32,902 nt of DNA from Elusimicrobiota bacterium (GCA_046153645.1 JBJXGI010000079.1:1-32902); one strand, 5' to 3'. Positions 10,778 through 20,340 are shown, counted from the first letter of the stretch. The notes: generated by a model from the letters alone, not told the origin. Translations and numbers: made by a program.

Positions 10778-10805
10778 TGCAAATTATAACTTATTAACTT
10801 TGCTT

Positions 10806-11303
10806 TTAAAGGGCTTGAATCGCAATTTCAAATGATTGAAGAGAACTTCTTTCAAGGGATTTGACTCTGAATGGTTTACGGCATAGCTGATGGAAAGAGC
10901 AAGACACATCACACCACGGGACCATTTGTTGCAACCGATCTTCGCAGGCCCCGTTATCCTCGACCATTGCTTTGATTTCTTTTCCGAATTTACCAGCACT
11001 TTTTAAGAACTTGACACCTAAAAAATCGCCTTTTTTGAGAGAAAAAACGTGCAAAATCTTTCCAGAACAATGGACAGGATGTTTTCCAGGGATTCTAAGG
11101 TGAAGTGTAATTTTCTGGCCTTGTTTAATAGGCTTTTCATTCAAGGAATTAAGCTGCAGTGACATTCCTCCTTCAGAAATATTGACCAATTGGGCATAGA
11201 GAGTTTCCCCTATAAAGGGCATCACCGGGAATATTTGAACTTGCACTTTGATGGATTGGTCAATACGTAATCTTTGATATGTTCGGCGATTAACAGTTTT
11301 CAT
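10806..11303 (-). CDS. PilZ-domain (c-di-GMP-binding) protein with C-terminal four-Cys motif
   Basis: RRTYQR (RxxxR) and NISEGG (D/NxSxxG) motifs. Tail CEDRLQQMVPWCDVSCSFHQLC. Confidence 0.88.
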   Translation of the reverse strand: MKTVNRRTYQRLRIDQSIKVQVQIFPVMPFIGETLYAQLVNISEGGMSLQLNSLNEKPIKQGQKITLHLRIPGKHPVHCSGKILHVFSLKKGDFLGVKFLKSAGKFGKEIKAMVEDNGACEDRLQQMVPWCDVSCSFHQLCRKPFRVKSLERSSLQSFEIAIQAL

Positions 11304-11306
11304 AAT

Positions 11307-12236
11307 TTAAAATCTGAATAATGCGCCGTAACGGAAAGTGTTTCCTAAATCCCCAAATGGAACCCAAGCAAAATTAAGTTCTAGCTGCTTTATTCCAACA
11401 CCCGCACCCAGTGAAATTCCATGGGCCCCATCTGGACCAGTGGTTTCAGAAGAATATCCTGCGCGTAAGGCGGTCGAAAAGTCTTTGCCGATGGGTTGAA
11501 TGTACTCTGCGCCAAAGCCATATTGAACATCGTTATCGCGAGGTTTTCTTAAATCTGTGGCCAAAACTAATTTATCTGAAAAAAACCTATGGGCAGCTCC
11601 CACATCAAAAGTCAAAGGTTGTGGATCGCTTTCATCTATAAATTTTATTTCAGGTCCAAAATGACGAACAGCAAACCCAAATGAAAGAGGTCTGGAAGCC
11701 ATTTGATAACGTAAACCTAAGTCACCACTCATTGCTTGGGCAGATTCTGTATCAATTTCTTCTTTGATATACCGAAGAGTTACTCCAGCCGCCAAATTAT
11801 CGATAATATTTCGCCCATAAGACAAAGCATAAGCCGCATCAAGATTCTCAAAGGTTCCTAAATCTGATTCATCATTTCCTCTTTTTTGTATATCACTTGC
11901 CTTAAGAGTCGCCGCAGAAATCGCAAACGTTCCAATTCCCGTAGGCACTGCAAAAGCTCCAAAATCATAATTTAAATTTTGGAACCACTGCGTGTGCATG
12001 GCCGTCATTTGACTCTCTTCAATCAAAGCCAATCCGGCGGGATTATGGTGAACAGTATTTATATCATCGGCAATCGCGACGAAGGCCTCTCCCATCGCCG
12101 TCGGGCGCGGGCCAGAACCAATTCTTAAAAATGACGCGCCACTGGTTCCAACATTTTTATTCGCAGCAAAAGCTGAATTTACTTGTACTATAAAGAGTGC
12201 AAAGAACCCTATTAAGAGGCGATTAAAATTAATCAT
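11307..12236 (-). CDS. PorV/PorQ-family outer-membrane beta-barrel
   Basis: Signal peptide (AFA), GASFLRIGSGPRPTAMGEAFVAIADDINTVHHNPAGLA family signature, amphipathic strands, C-terminal Phe (YGALFRF). Confidence 0.88.
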   Translation of the reverse strand: MINFNRLLIGFFALFIVQVNSAFAANKNVGTSGASFLRIGSGPRPTAMGEAFVAIADDINTVHHNPAGLALIEESQMTAMHTQWFQNLNYDFGAFAVPTGIGTFAISAATLKASDIQKRGNDESDLGTFENLDAAYALSYGRNIIDNLAAGVTLRYIKEEIDTESAQAMSGDLGLRYQMASRPLSFGFAVRHFGPEIKFIDESDPQPLTFDVGAAHRFFSDKLVLATDLRKPRDNDVQYGFGAEYIQPIGKDFSTALRAGYSSETTGPDGAHGISLGAGVGIKQLELNFAWVPFGDLGNTFRYGALFRF

Positions 12237-15200
12237 TTAAGCACCGCCATTTTAAAGAACTTTTCCTTATTACCTATTTCTAATCGAGCAATATAAGTTC
12301 CCGAGGCGACTTTTTCGCCCTTCTCATTTTTCCCATTCCATTCCAAGTAGTAATGTGTTCCTGCTGTTGGGATGTTTATTTTTAAGGTCTTTATTTTTTC
12401 ACCCAACACATTAAATATTTCCACCTCTGCGTCTCCCGTTAAATCAGGTGGGATACTCAACTTAATAAGAGTCCCCTCAATATTTTGAGTACTCGAATTT
12501 GACCCTGGGTTTTGAAGTGTAACGGTTTTTTGTTTTAGATTAAATGGATTTGGAAAATTGAGAACAGCCAATTCACCAGTGTACCCACCTGAACCCGTCA
12601 GAACAGATGAACTAGATGAAAAGACGGTAAAAACAGACGCATGCCCAATATCAACGCATATCCTTTGATTTTCTGTATCAACAACTTTATTCTGAGATTC
12701 AATGACGTATTCATTCGTTTCAGGATTGTAATAATAAACGTTGAGCTTTCCCGCATCTGAATCTGAAATAGTTGAGTCGTAGGATAAACAAAGCGTCGCT
12801 TCTTTCCCTTTTGGAAAAAAGTGGTTAACGCCGGCTGGCAATGTTATTTGAAGGAAATCGCCTAAGGGATCAGCCGCCAAAGTACCCAATCGAGAAAGAG
12901 CAGAAGCCATTTCACCTGGATAAGCCTTAAGACCTACTTTTTTTGTCAATCCAAGTACACCTTGGCCCGAAGCTGAATTTAATTCATCTAATGTTCCTGC
13001 CAATGCCATAGAAATATCAAAAGAGAGATTGGTATTGTTACCAAATGTTCCAGTAACAGTATTAAACTCCGTTTGGTCAATTTGGATACTGGATTGATAG
13101 GAATTTTTAAAGCTACCTTCTTTTAACCCTTTTAAACCGTTAAAAAACTCGACATCTTCGTCAACTGTATAATTGGTTTGAGTTAGAGGATTTTCTTTTT
13201 CATAAGTAGCATTAACATGAAATATGACTTTTGAATCATTGGCTGCTGGTGTATAAGTTGCAGTCAAAGATTGCCGATCGGACCCCAGGGCTTCGATAGA
13301 GTCAATGCTTAATGTCCCGTTTCCTTGTGACAAACTCAAAATTTCCTCAGCTGTGTCATCAAGTATTCCATCACTATCATTATCAATGACGTCTGAATTT
13401 CGAAGTGGCGTAGAAAAGAAAAACTGAAGAGAAATATCACTCCCATTTTTTGAAAAAGTATGGAAAAACTCTGGCGTACTCTTTTTAAAGGTTAATTGAA
13501 TTCCGCTTACGTTATTGGCAGGCATTGTTAAACTGTCAATTGTCGTTACATCAGAATCATTTTCTCCAACAGAGATAACTTTTGTTGCCCCCTCTTGAAC
13601 ACCCGTAATTTCCCAAGACAAAACAGTTCCATCGTCATCGGTGGTTAAATTACCAATAGCAAGTGAATCAACAAAATCATTTCCAAAAGCAATCAATTGG
13701 CCCACATCGTTCTGATTAATAGGGGATCCATCTTCACCAACAATACTACCGCTGGCCGTGTACCCAGTATTGAGCGTGATGGTTCCCAGGTTATTTTCTC
13801 CTTGTGTTAAAACGATATTACCGAGAACTTTTGTTCCATAACCTTTTGCAATCGCAAATAATTTTTCTATGTTGGTTCCTGATTTTAAACCTGTTAGAAC
13901 AAAGTTCCCACTGGCATCTGTCTCCGTTTCATGGTTTCCAAGAGGGTTATCAGTGAGTGCCTCGTTGGCGACCCTTGCGACAACGCTACTCCCTTTTCTG
14001 TCAACTTTAGTATCTCCAAAAGGAACAATAGGATCTGGACCTGCTGGGTCGGGCTTTACAACTGTTCCTGTAATATACGCATCGGCCACCTGGAGTTTAA
14101 AATTAACCCCAGGACTTACATTGGGCGCTTTAACATGAATTCTTTTTTGCTGAACATACAACAACCCATCAGAACCATCAGTCCCATCAAAATCATCTGG
14201 TCTTCTTGAGGGGGCAACTGTAATGTCGTAGTAAGAATTATTTTTCAAGCCATTCAAAGTATATTTACCCAACTCATCTGATATGGCGGAAATAAAAACT
14301 TCATTTCGATCATCTTGAGCTGTAACAATAATATTGGGCAAGGGGAGATTGCTGCTATCGGTTATCTCTCCGGTGATAGTAACGCCTGGCTCTAAATCAA
14401 CTGGAAAAATTTTTGTTTGACCAGCTTCGAGTTTAAATCCATTAATTGTTTTATTGACATAAACTTGTTTACCTGATGCCACATCAGATTGAGATGGGGA
14501 TCCGTGCTGCCCTAATGCAAGGGCACAAGGAACATTGGGCGATAGAGATAAACTGTAATAACCATCACTATTAATTGCTTTAGCTCTGGCAAAAGTATTG
14601 TTTTCACAACGAGCTTCAATGAAAAAAGAATTTGATAGCACATCACCTGCATTGCTTGAGGTCACAATTGTTCCGGATTTACTGTCGCGCAACTGCAATA
14701 ACAATTTCGCAATTTTTTGGAGTGGTATTGATTTTCCTGATACGTTTGTCGCAGCAACCTGAACTGGGATACCAATAGATGTGTATTTCGCCTGAATTGA
14801 TGGCGGGGCTTCTTGTTCCACAGCGCGTAACGTATACAATCCTGGCGCTACTCTCGGCATTGTAAAAGGTTGAGATGTCCCTGAAAAAGATATTTCTGTT
14901 TGATTTAGAGTTCTTTTATTTTGCTCTAAACTAATAGTGATATTTCTTGTGTTAGTTTCAGGATCACTGGGATCCTCCAAATCAACTGTTCCACTAATAG
15001 AATAACCAGATTCCAGTTGAACAGTTAAACCTGTAACAGCATTATCAAAAACTTCAATAAATTGTTTTGCGTTAGCGGCTTCTGGACCATCTGAGGAATT
15101 ACCATTGAGTTCAACATTCGCAGATAGTTCATAGACTCCTTGAGGAATGGTCCCTGAAAATTGACCTGAAGCGTTAAAAGGCATAACAAAAAAGTTATTA

Positions 15201-17233
15201 AAATCATTAAAATTATTTGGCCCACTCATGTTATTAGCAAAATTTCGATTAAACGCTTTTTTGAGAACAATATGACCAACAGGGTATGTTCTCGAAGAAG
15301 AGTCAAAATTATAATAGGTAAAAGTAAAAGTACTGGAAGTAATATTTGAAATTGTATAAAGACCACCTACAGTTGAAGTGACAGTTCCCGATACCAAACG
15401 AGATTTTTTAAATTGTGTTGTTATGTCTTTCTCCACGCCATTTTGAGCTTGGAAATTTCCTTCATAAAAGTCTAATGTGGTGTTCTCTAACCCTCTAATG
15501 GTTACAAAACTTGTGTTTAATTTATTGAAACAAAAAGCGCCTGATCCATCGGGAATTTTACTTCTCACGCCTTGCCCATCCGGACCAAAACTCATTAACT
15601 CCATTCTTACATTTGACATGGTAAATCCGGGGCTTCCAGCTGGAGGAACAACTGTCCCACAAATATCTCCCGTGTTTTCATTTAAAACGATATTTTTTGT
15701 TCCTATGCCTCCGGAGATAGTGACATTCATAGGGCCGGGTGGATTAACTTGAAAACCAGGAAGATATGTCCATAAATTATAAGTGCCATCTGCTAATCCT
15801 GAAATTTGATAAGAGGATGTTGTTGAGGTTGGATGAGGCGTTAAATTAGCTTCTATATATCCACCCGATTGAGTGGCTTGTAAAAAAACAGAAACAGGAA
15901 CTTGAAAAGGATTGGGGTTAGTGGATGTATCGCCATTCACAGTAATGCTCCCACTCAGTATTCCCCCTTTATCGAAAATAGGGAAATTAATTCCGCCAAC
16001 ATCAACATTTGAAACATTCGCGCGAATATTTGAGGAAATGAAACCTTGAGAATAGGCTCTAATAAAATATTTCACCACTGTCGCACTAGCAGGAACGGAA
16101 ATCGAATAAGGGGCTGACGTGGCAGCTGGAGAAAAGCTCGTTCCACCGTAAAAGTTTTTATTGGGGTCTGAAGTATCACACTTACTATCTTCATTTTGAT
16201 CAACACAAGCATGCAACCATGCGTGCATTCCACTAGGATTATCAAGAGAAGCAACATTTAAAATCCCTGATATTTCTGGAAATTTAGCCAGTGTGATGGT
16301 TTGATCTGTGTTGGTTGTCAAATTTACGGTATAGGGAGCGATCCCATATCCAGGAATAGAAACACGAATATTATAAAGAGTACTTGCTCTTAAAAAAAGA
16401 TCAATATGAGGAGTGGGCGTGACATTCCAGGTATCCCCTAAATCTGCGGTTATAGAAGAACTGGCAAATCTAAAAGGTGATGATGTCTGATAAGAATATG
16501 TATTTGTATAGGCATCAATATGACCAAATCGCTCTGGTAACGAACCAGCTGATGGTCGCAAAACAGTCAAACGATATCGTATTCCTGGTTCTAATGTGAC
16601 ATCCCCTAAATCATTGAGCGCCACATTTGATGTGAACTGCAAATTTTTCTCTAAATAACCATTTCTTGATAATTTAAATGAATAGGACTGCCCTTGTTTT
16701 AACCCATAGATAGTGGCATACCCAGATGGATTTGTGAATTTTGAATCATAAAAATTAGCACCAAAAACTTCTAAACGTGCACCTTCAAGAAAAGTAGCCA
16801 GGTTATTTTGATCTACTGCGCGTATTTGAACTCCATTTGTTACTGAGACCGCTGTTAGTTGACTATTTGAATCAATCACTGACCCAAGAGAATTTCTAAT
16901 GATAATATTAATATTATAAGTCCCCGGGTCTCCATAGCTATAACCTTGCCCGGGAATATTAACTCTTCCGTTCCATGGAATCCTCACCGAGGAATTCGTT
17001 CCTGCAAAAAAATCGACAGGCATGCTTAAACGCTCTATTTGAACTTCCCACGAATTACCTACACCAGCATTAAAGTTAATAAAAACTTCATCAGAAGTAC
17101 CATCACCATCAGGAGAAAATGTTGCCGACAATGACGATCCCAACGTTCCCGTGTCAATGGTTGGCGTTATTGCTCTGGCAATACTGGCAACCGACAGGAA
17201 AAAGATAAACGAAATTATTTTTTTAATATTCAT
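12233..17233 (-). CDS. Giant secreted protein (~1666 aa) with carboxypeptidase-regulatory-like beta-sandwich repeats and FlgD-Ig/T9SS-like domains
   Basis: Signal peptide MNIKKIISF...ARA (start moved from 17317 to 17233). Repeated I.G.V...G.Y...GL..G.Y units. N-terminal FSPDGDG...WNG...PGTY. C-terminal NFPNPFN...IFNVLGEKIKTL...WNGKNEKGEKVASGTY. Confidence 0.88.
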   Translation of the reverse strand: MNIKKIISFIFFLSVASIARAITPTIDTGTLGSSLSATFSPDGDGTSDEVFINFNAGVGNSWEVQIERLSMPVDFFAGTNSSVRIPWNGRVNIPGQGYSYGDPGTYNINIIIRNSLGSVIDSNSQLTAVSVTNGVQIRAVDQNNLATFLEGARLEVFGANFYDSKFTNPSGYATIYGLKQGQSYSFKLSRNGYLEKNLQFTSNVALNDLGDVTLEPGIRYRLTVLRPSAGSLPERFGHIDAYTNTYSYQTSSPFRFASSSITADLGDTWNVTPTPHIDLFLRASTLYNIRVSIPGYGIAPYTVNLTTNTDQTITLAKFPEISGILNVASLDNPSGMHAWLHACVDQNEDSKCDTSDPNKNFYGGTSFSPAATSAPYSISVPASATVVKYFIRAYSQGFISSNIRANVSNVDVGGINFPIFDKGGILSGSITVNGDTSTNPNPFQVPVSVFLQATQSGGYIEANLTPHPTSTTSSYQISGLADGTYNLWTYLPGFQVNPPGPMNVTISGGIGTKNIVLNENTGDICGTVVPPAGSPGFTMSNVRMELMSFGPDGQGVRSKIPDGSGAFCFNKLNTSFVTIRGLENTTLDFYEGNFQAQNGVEKDITTQFKKSRLVSGTVTSTVGGLYTISNITSSTFTFTYYNFDSSSRTYPVGHIVLKKAFNRNFANNMSGPNNFNDFNNFFVMPFNASGQFSGTIPQGVYELSANVELNGNSSDGPEAANAKQFIEVFDNAVTGLTVQLESGYSISGTVDLEDPSDPETNTRNITISLEQNKRTLNQTEISFSGTSQPFTMPRVAPGLYTLRAVEQEAPPSIQAKYTSIGIPVQVAATNVSGKSIPLQKIAKLLLQLRDSKSGTIVTSSNAGDVLSNSFFIEARCENNTFARAKAINSDGYYSLSLSPNVPCALALGQHGSPSQSDVASGKQVYVNKTINGFKLEAGQTKIFPVDLEPGVTITGEITDSSNLPLPNIIVTAQDDRNEVFISAISDELGKYTLNGLKNNSYYDITVAPSRRPDDFDGTDGSDGLLYVQQKRIHVKAPNVSPGVNFKLQVADAYITGTVVKPDPAGPDPIVPFGDTKVDRKGSSVVARVANEALTDNPLGNHETETDASGNFVLTGLKSGTNIEKLFAIAKGYGTKVLGNIVLTQGENNLGTITLNTGYTASGSIVGEDGSPINQNDVGQLIAFGNDFVDSLAIGNLTTDDDGTVLSWEITGVQEGATKVISVGENDSDVTTIDSLTMPANNVSGIQLTFKKSTPEFFHTFSKNGSDISLQFFFSTPLRNSDVIDNDSDGILDDTAEEILSLSQGNGTLSIDSIEALGSDRQSLTATYTPAANDSKVIFHVNATYEKENPLTQTNYTVDEDVEFFNGLKGLKEGSFKNSYQSSIQIDQTEFNTVTGTFGNNTNLSFDISMALAGTLDELNSASGQGVLGLTKKVGLKAYPGEMASALSRLGTLAADPLGDFLQITLPAGVNHFFPKGKEATLCLSYDSTISDSDAGKLNVYYYNPETNEYVIESQNKVVDTENQRICVDIGHASVFTVFSSSSSVLTGSGGYTGELAVLNFPNPFNLKQKTVTLQNPGSNSSTQNIEGTLIKLSIPPDLTGDAEVEIFNVLGEKIKTLKINIPTAGTHYYLEWNGKNEKGEKVASGTYIARLEIGNKEKFFKMAVLK

Positions 17234-18434
17234 AAGTGAACCCAAACTGATAGTTAGAATTGTTGTAGTTATATTGATATACAGCTTCATAATCGTTATT
17301 TGATCTGGTCTGTCCAAAATTAGATTGAATTTTTGCTCTAAAATGTTTTGCTATGGGGTAACTAAAACCGAGGTTTACCATAGAATCGGTGATAAATAGT
17401 TTTTCATTCTCATTGTAATTTCCAGCCACCGTTTGGATATGCCTGTTCAAGTAGTTCTTATGTGAATAGCTATATCCTGTTTCTAAAATAATGGGACCGG
17501 CTTGTGGACCTTTAATACCCAATGAAAATTGCGCGCCAACACTTTTCACATCATAAGAATAATAGTCGTCATTAAACCTTGCCACTCTGGCATCATAGTT
17601 ATTTTGATTTGAAGAGAAATTTGTATACCCCATATTCAAACGTGAGGTAAAAATACCCCAATGTCCAAAACCCCAGCGCTTGTCAATTCCACTCGTGAGA
17701 CCGGAATAAACATCGTTCCTTTTTGATGCGGTTAATAAACCACTTTTATTAACAATTGTTTGGTCTGTATAAAAACGTGGAGAGTAAACAATATTCATTT
17801 TTAAACCAAACCCAAAAAACAAAGGCAATTCAGTACCCAATGAAAAAACATGAATATAATTATCAAGCGGGTTTTCAGCTGAAAACTCCCTGGCCAAATT
17901 ATCTTGTGAGGCTTCTAACGATTGATAATTAGGAAATTTCAAAAATGAAAAATCATAGGCGAGTGCTAATTTTTTCTTTTTTCCCCAACTATATTCTCCC
18001 TCTAAACCTCCGGTAAAAGTTCTGTAATCATAAAGGCCTTTATTCCAATTTTCATCAGATGTTTCTCGGTACCATTTTTGTCGAACTCCCATACGTTCTT
18101 TTAGTTTAAAGCCTTTTTGGTTATTTTGAATTGCTTTTATATTAATGGCATTATCCCAGCTATCTTGGAAAAGAGTGTTTCCCCCGGCTAATTCTTCAGC
18201 AGACCTTGTCCCTCTATATTGACTTTCGACATTTGAAATGAGTGAATTTTTTTCAGAAAATTTTATAGCAGGAATGAAATTAATTCCTACATTTCCGCCC
18301 AAACCGCTTTTCTCCCCTTCAAAATAATACTGACCTGTGTAGAATTGACCATTAATAAGAGGAATATATTCCGCGCTAAAGGCAGAACCCACTAAAACCA
18401 TAGATAAAATAAATGAAATTATGACGTTTTTCAT
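17223..18434 (-). CDS. Putative outer-membrane beta-barrel protein
   Basis: Signal peptide (AFSA), Tyr/Asn/Gly-rich alternating strands, C-terminal beta-signal-like NYQFGFTYEY. Confidence 0.78.
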   Translation of the reverse strand: MKNVIISFILSMVLVGSAFSAEYIPLINGQFYTGQYYFEGEKSGLGGNVGINFIPAIKFSEKNSLISNVESQYRGTRSAEELAGGNTLFQDSWDNAINIKAIQNNQKGFKLKERMGVRQKWYRETSDENWNKGLYDYRTFTGGLEGEYSWGKKKKLALAYDFSFLKFPNYQSLEASQDNLAREFSAENPLDNYIHVFSLGTELPLFFGFGLKMNIVYSPRFYTDQTIVNKSGLLTASKRNDVYSGLTSGIDKRWGFGHWGIFTSRLNMGYTNFSSNQNNYDARVARFNDDYYSYDVKSVGAQFSLGIKGPQAGPIILETGYSYSHKNYLNRHIQTVAGNYNENEKLFITDSMVNLGFSYPIAKHFRAKIQSNFGQTRSNNDYEAVYQYNYNNSNYQFGFTYEY

Positions 18435-20176
18435 TTCAAGAGTCCCGATTCAATCAACACTTTAGGAGTAATGCATAAATCGATTTTTCTCCCACTAAAT
18501 TCTGTGGCAGTAATAACTGTTTCAAAATTCCATTTCATTAACTCATTTCTATAATCAGCTCCATTGGAAAGCCCTGAAAAATCATCTCTTGTGGCTATTT
18601 TTCCCTCATCATTAATAATGTAATTATCAAAGCGCAAATATTTTCCGTCTGCGTAATAAAGCGTATTCCGGCTATAAAGAGTATCGCTTCCACTTGGATA
18701 CTCTGATGCAGCAGTCACAGGCGCATAATTAAATGTCCCATCTAAATCTTGAGCCAAAATATGTTGCCCCACTGTTGAAGGTTCATATTGAGTTTTAATG
18801 GAACTATTGGCTTTCAAAGTATAGTTATCAAAAGAATTTTTCCAAAGCGTATCGGCGGAAGTTAAATTTCTATATTCGGACGTGGTAGGATCTTGAACAG
18901 AAACTTTTTTGGCTGATTCTAAATTGGCTGGTGTCACCAGAGAAAATGTATCGGTATCAGGATTATAAACTTTATAATTGCCATCACTTAAGAGTTCTGC
19001 AGCATCAATATCTCTTGTGTTGGATGTTACTGTTGGATCGGTTAATGTATAAGTATTTCCATCATTTGTAATTTGTACGAGATGCCCTCCACTGGCTTCA
19101 TCCGTTAATGAGTCAATTGTGTTTGATCGAATTTTTTCGTAAGCCGTGAGGTAGTATTCGGGCGCTGTGCCTCCAATTTTTCCATTTAAGTCTCTTAAGG
19201 CGAGTGATAGATCCTCTGGTAAAGATTTATTAAAGGTTCCTTTATAAGTAAAATAATCAAAACGTGACTCTCTCTCGTTTAAAACAACCAATTTAAATTG
19301 ATCTGAAGCAGGACGTGTAATGTACTCTTCCGTTCGAACTCGTAAACCATTAACATCCATGAAAGTTTTAGCTTCTTGATAATCCGCCGTCTTTAATTCT
19401 TCCGCGGCCATAGCGATTAAATTATCTTTGACTTGTGTATTCATGACTTCAGATTGAACCGCTTCTTTATCAATAATCTGTTGTACGCCAGTCGATTTAA
19501 CAGGGTCCCCCATTTGGCCTTCTATTCCAAATTTAATACTTTCACCGCCATTAACCATAACCTCATTTGATAAGTCACCCAACTTTGCAACAACAACGGA
19601 GCCTTCGTTAACATCGACTTGCATGCTTTTGCCATCATCAGTAATTTCGACTTCGAAATCTGTTCCTCTTACGCTGGCTACGCCAATGGGCGTTTTAATT
19701 TTGAAATTATTTCCGCCTTTTATTTTTGACACGATGGCGCGAACGCGTCCTTTAAGAAGTTTGATCGTTTTTTCAACTGTAGAAAGATTCTCTACTTCTG
19801 CTTGAGAATTTTGTAAGAGTAAAATTTTTGAACCATCCGATAGCTTAACGCGCGCCAACGATCGAGATCCGGTTTTAATTTGATCATCTTTTTGAAGTTG
19901 CGATTGGTTTTTTGCTTTATCCCATTTAGTCGCATTGCTTTTTTTGACCTCGACTTGACGTGTTACTGATTCTATCGCACCTATATTGGGATTATTTTTT
20001 AGGGAAATAGCAGACCGGTTCGACAACTTCCTGGAGAGGGATTTTTTGGATATCGTTTTTGAATTTAATGGCGCAGCATCAACCTGAACTGTCAAAGTCC
20101 ATGTTAAAACAAATGCGACGAGGAAAGAAAAATAAGAAATTTTCTGTTTTTGAAAAAAAGCTGCCTTTGTACCCAC
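18431..20176 (-). CDS. Exported FecR-domain protein with a large uncharacterised C-terminal region
   Basis: IKTGSRS...LSDGS...LLKGRVRA...KTPIGVASVRGTDFEV is a FecR-domain signature. The GTG at 20176 is preferred over 20182 because it lies 5 nt after an AGAGG SD. Confidence 0.85.
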   Translation of the reverse strand: MGTKAAFFQKQKISYFSFLVAFVLTWTLTVQVDAAPLNSKTISKKSLSRKLSNRSAISLKNNPNIGAIESVTRQVEVKKSNATKWDKAKNQSQLQKDDQIKTGSRSLARVKLSDGSKILLLQNSQAEVENLSTVEKTIKLLKGRVRAIVSKIKGGNNFKIKTPIGVASVRGTDFEVEITDDGKSMQVDVNEGSVVVAKLGDLSNEVMVNGGESIKFGIEGQMGDPVKSTGVQQIIDKEAVQSEVMNTQVKDNLIAMAAEELKTADYQEAKTFMDVNGLRVRTEEYITRPASDQFKLVVLNERESRFDYFTYKGTFNKSLPEDLSLALRDLNGKIGGTAPEYYLTAYEKIRSNTIDSLTDEASGGHLVQITNDGNTYTLTDPTVTSNTRDIDAAELLSDGNYKVYNPDTDTFSLVTPANLESAKKVSVQDPTTSEYRNLTSADTLWKNSFDNYTLKANSSIKTQYEPSTVGQHILAQDLDGTFNYAPVTAASEYPSGSDTLYSRNTLYYADGKYLRFDNYIINDEGKIATRDDFSGLSNGADYRNELMKWNFETVITATEFSGRKIDLCITPKVLIESGLLK

Positions 20177-20187
20177 ACACACCTCTA

Positions 20188-20285
20188 GACTTCGGTAGCC
20201 CGGCCCACCTTTATTGATTTTTCAACAGTCGGTGCCTCGGCTTTGCGCCTCTTCGTTTACACGAAGGTTGCCCTTTATCACGTTC
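20188..20285 (-). ncRNA. Cyclic di-GMP-I (GEMM) riboswitch
   Basis: Minus strand GAUAAAGGGCAAC-CUUCGU-GUAA-ACGAAG-AGGCGCAAAGCC...GGGCUACCGAA: conserved GGCAA, GNRA-capped P2, CGCAAAGC junction, P3 hairpin (AGCC/GGCU, GGC/GCC, ACC/GGU, UGUUGA/UCAAUA) and terminal UACCG. Located in a 5' UTR. Confidence 0.88.
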
Positions 20286-20311
20286 TAAAAGTTACAGATA
20301 AAGATCGATTG

Positions 20312-20340
20312 AATATAGACGAGGAGAATTAAAATTTCAA
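20312..20340 (-). promoter_or_regulatory. Sigma70-type promoter for the riboswitch-led operon
   Basis: TTGAAA (20340-20335), 17-bp spacer, TATATT (20317-20312), about 25 nt upstream of the aptamer. Confidence 0.6.

Noticed and set aside
17234..17317. Longer start of the giant ORF
   Set aside because: It overlaps the upstream barrel gene by 95 nt, and the signal peptide begins at MNIKK (17233).
20268..20280. 3',3'-cGAMP-sensing (GEMM-Ib) assignment
   Set aside because: The discriminating position is G, not A, in both plausible alignments.
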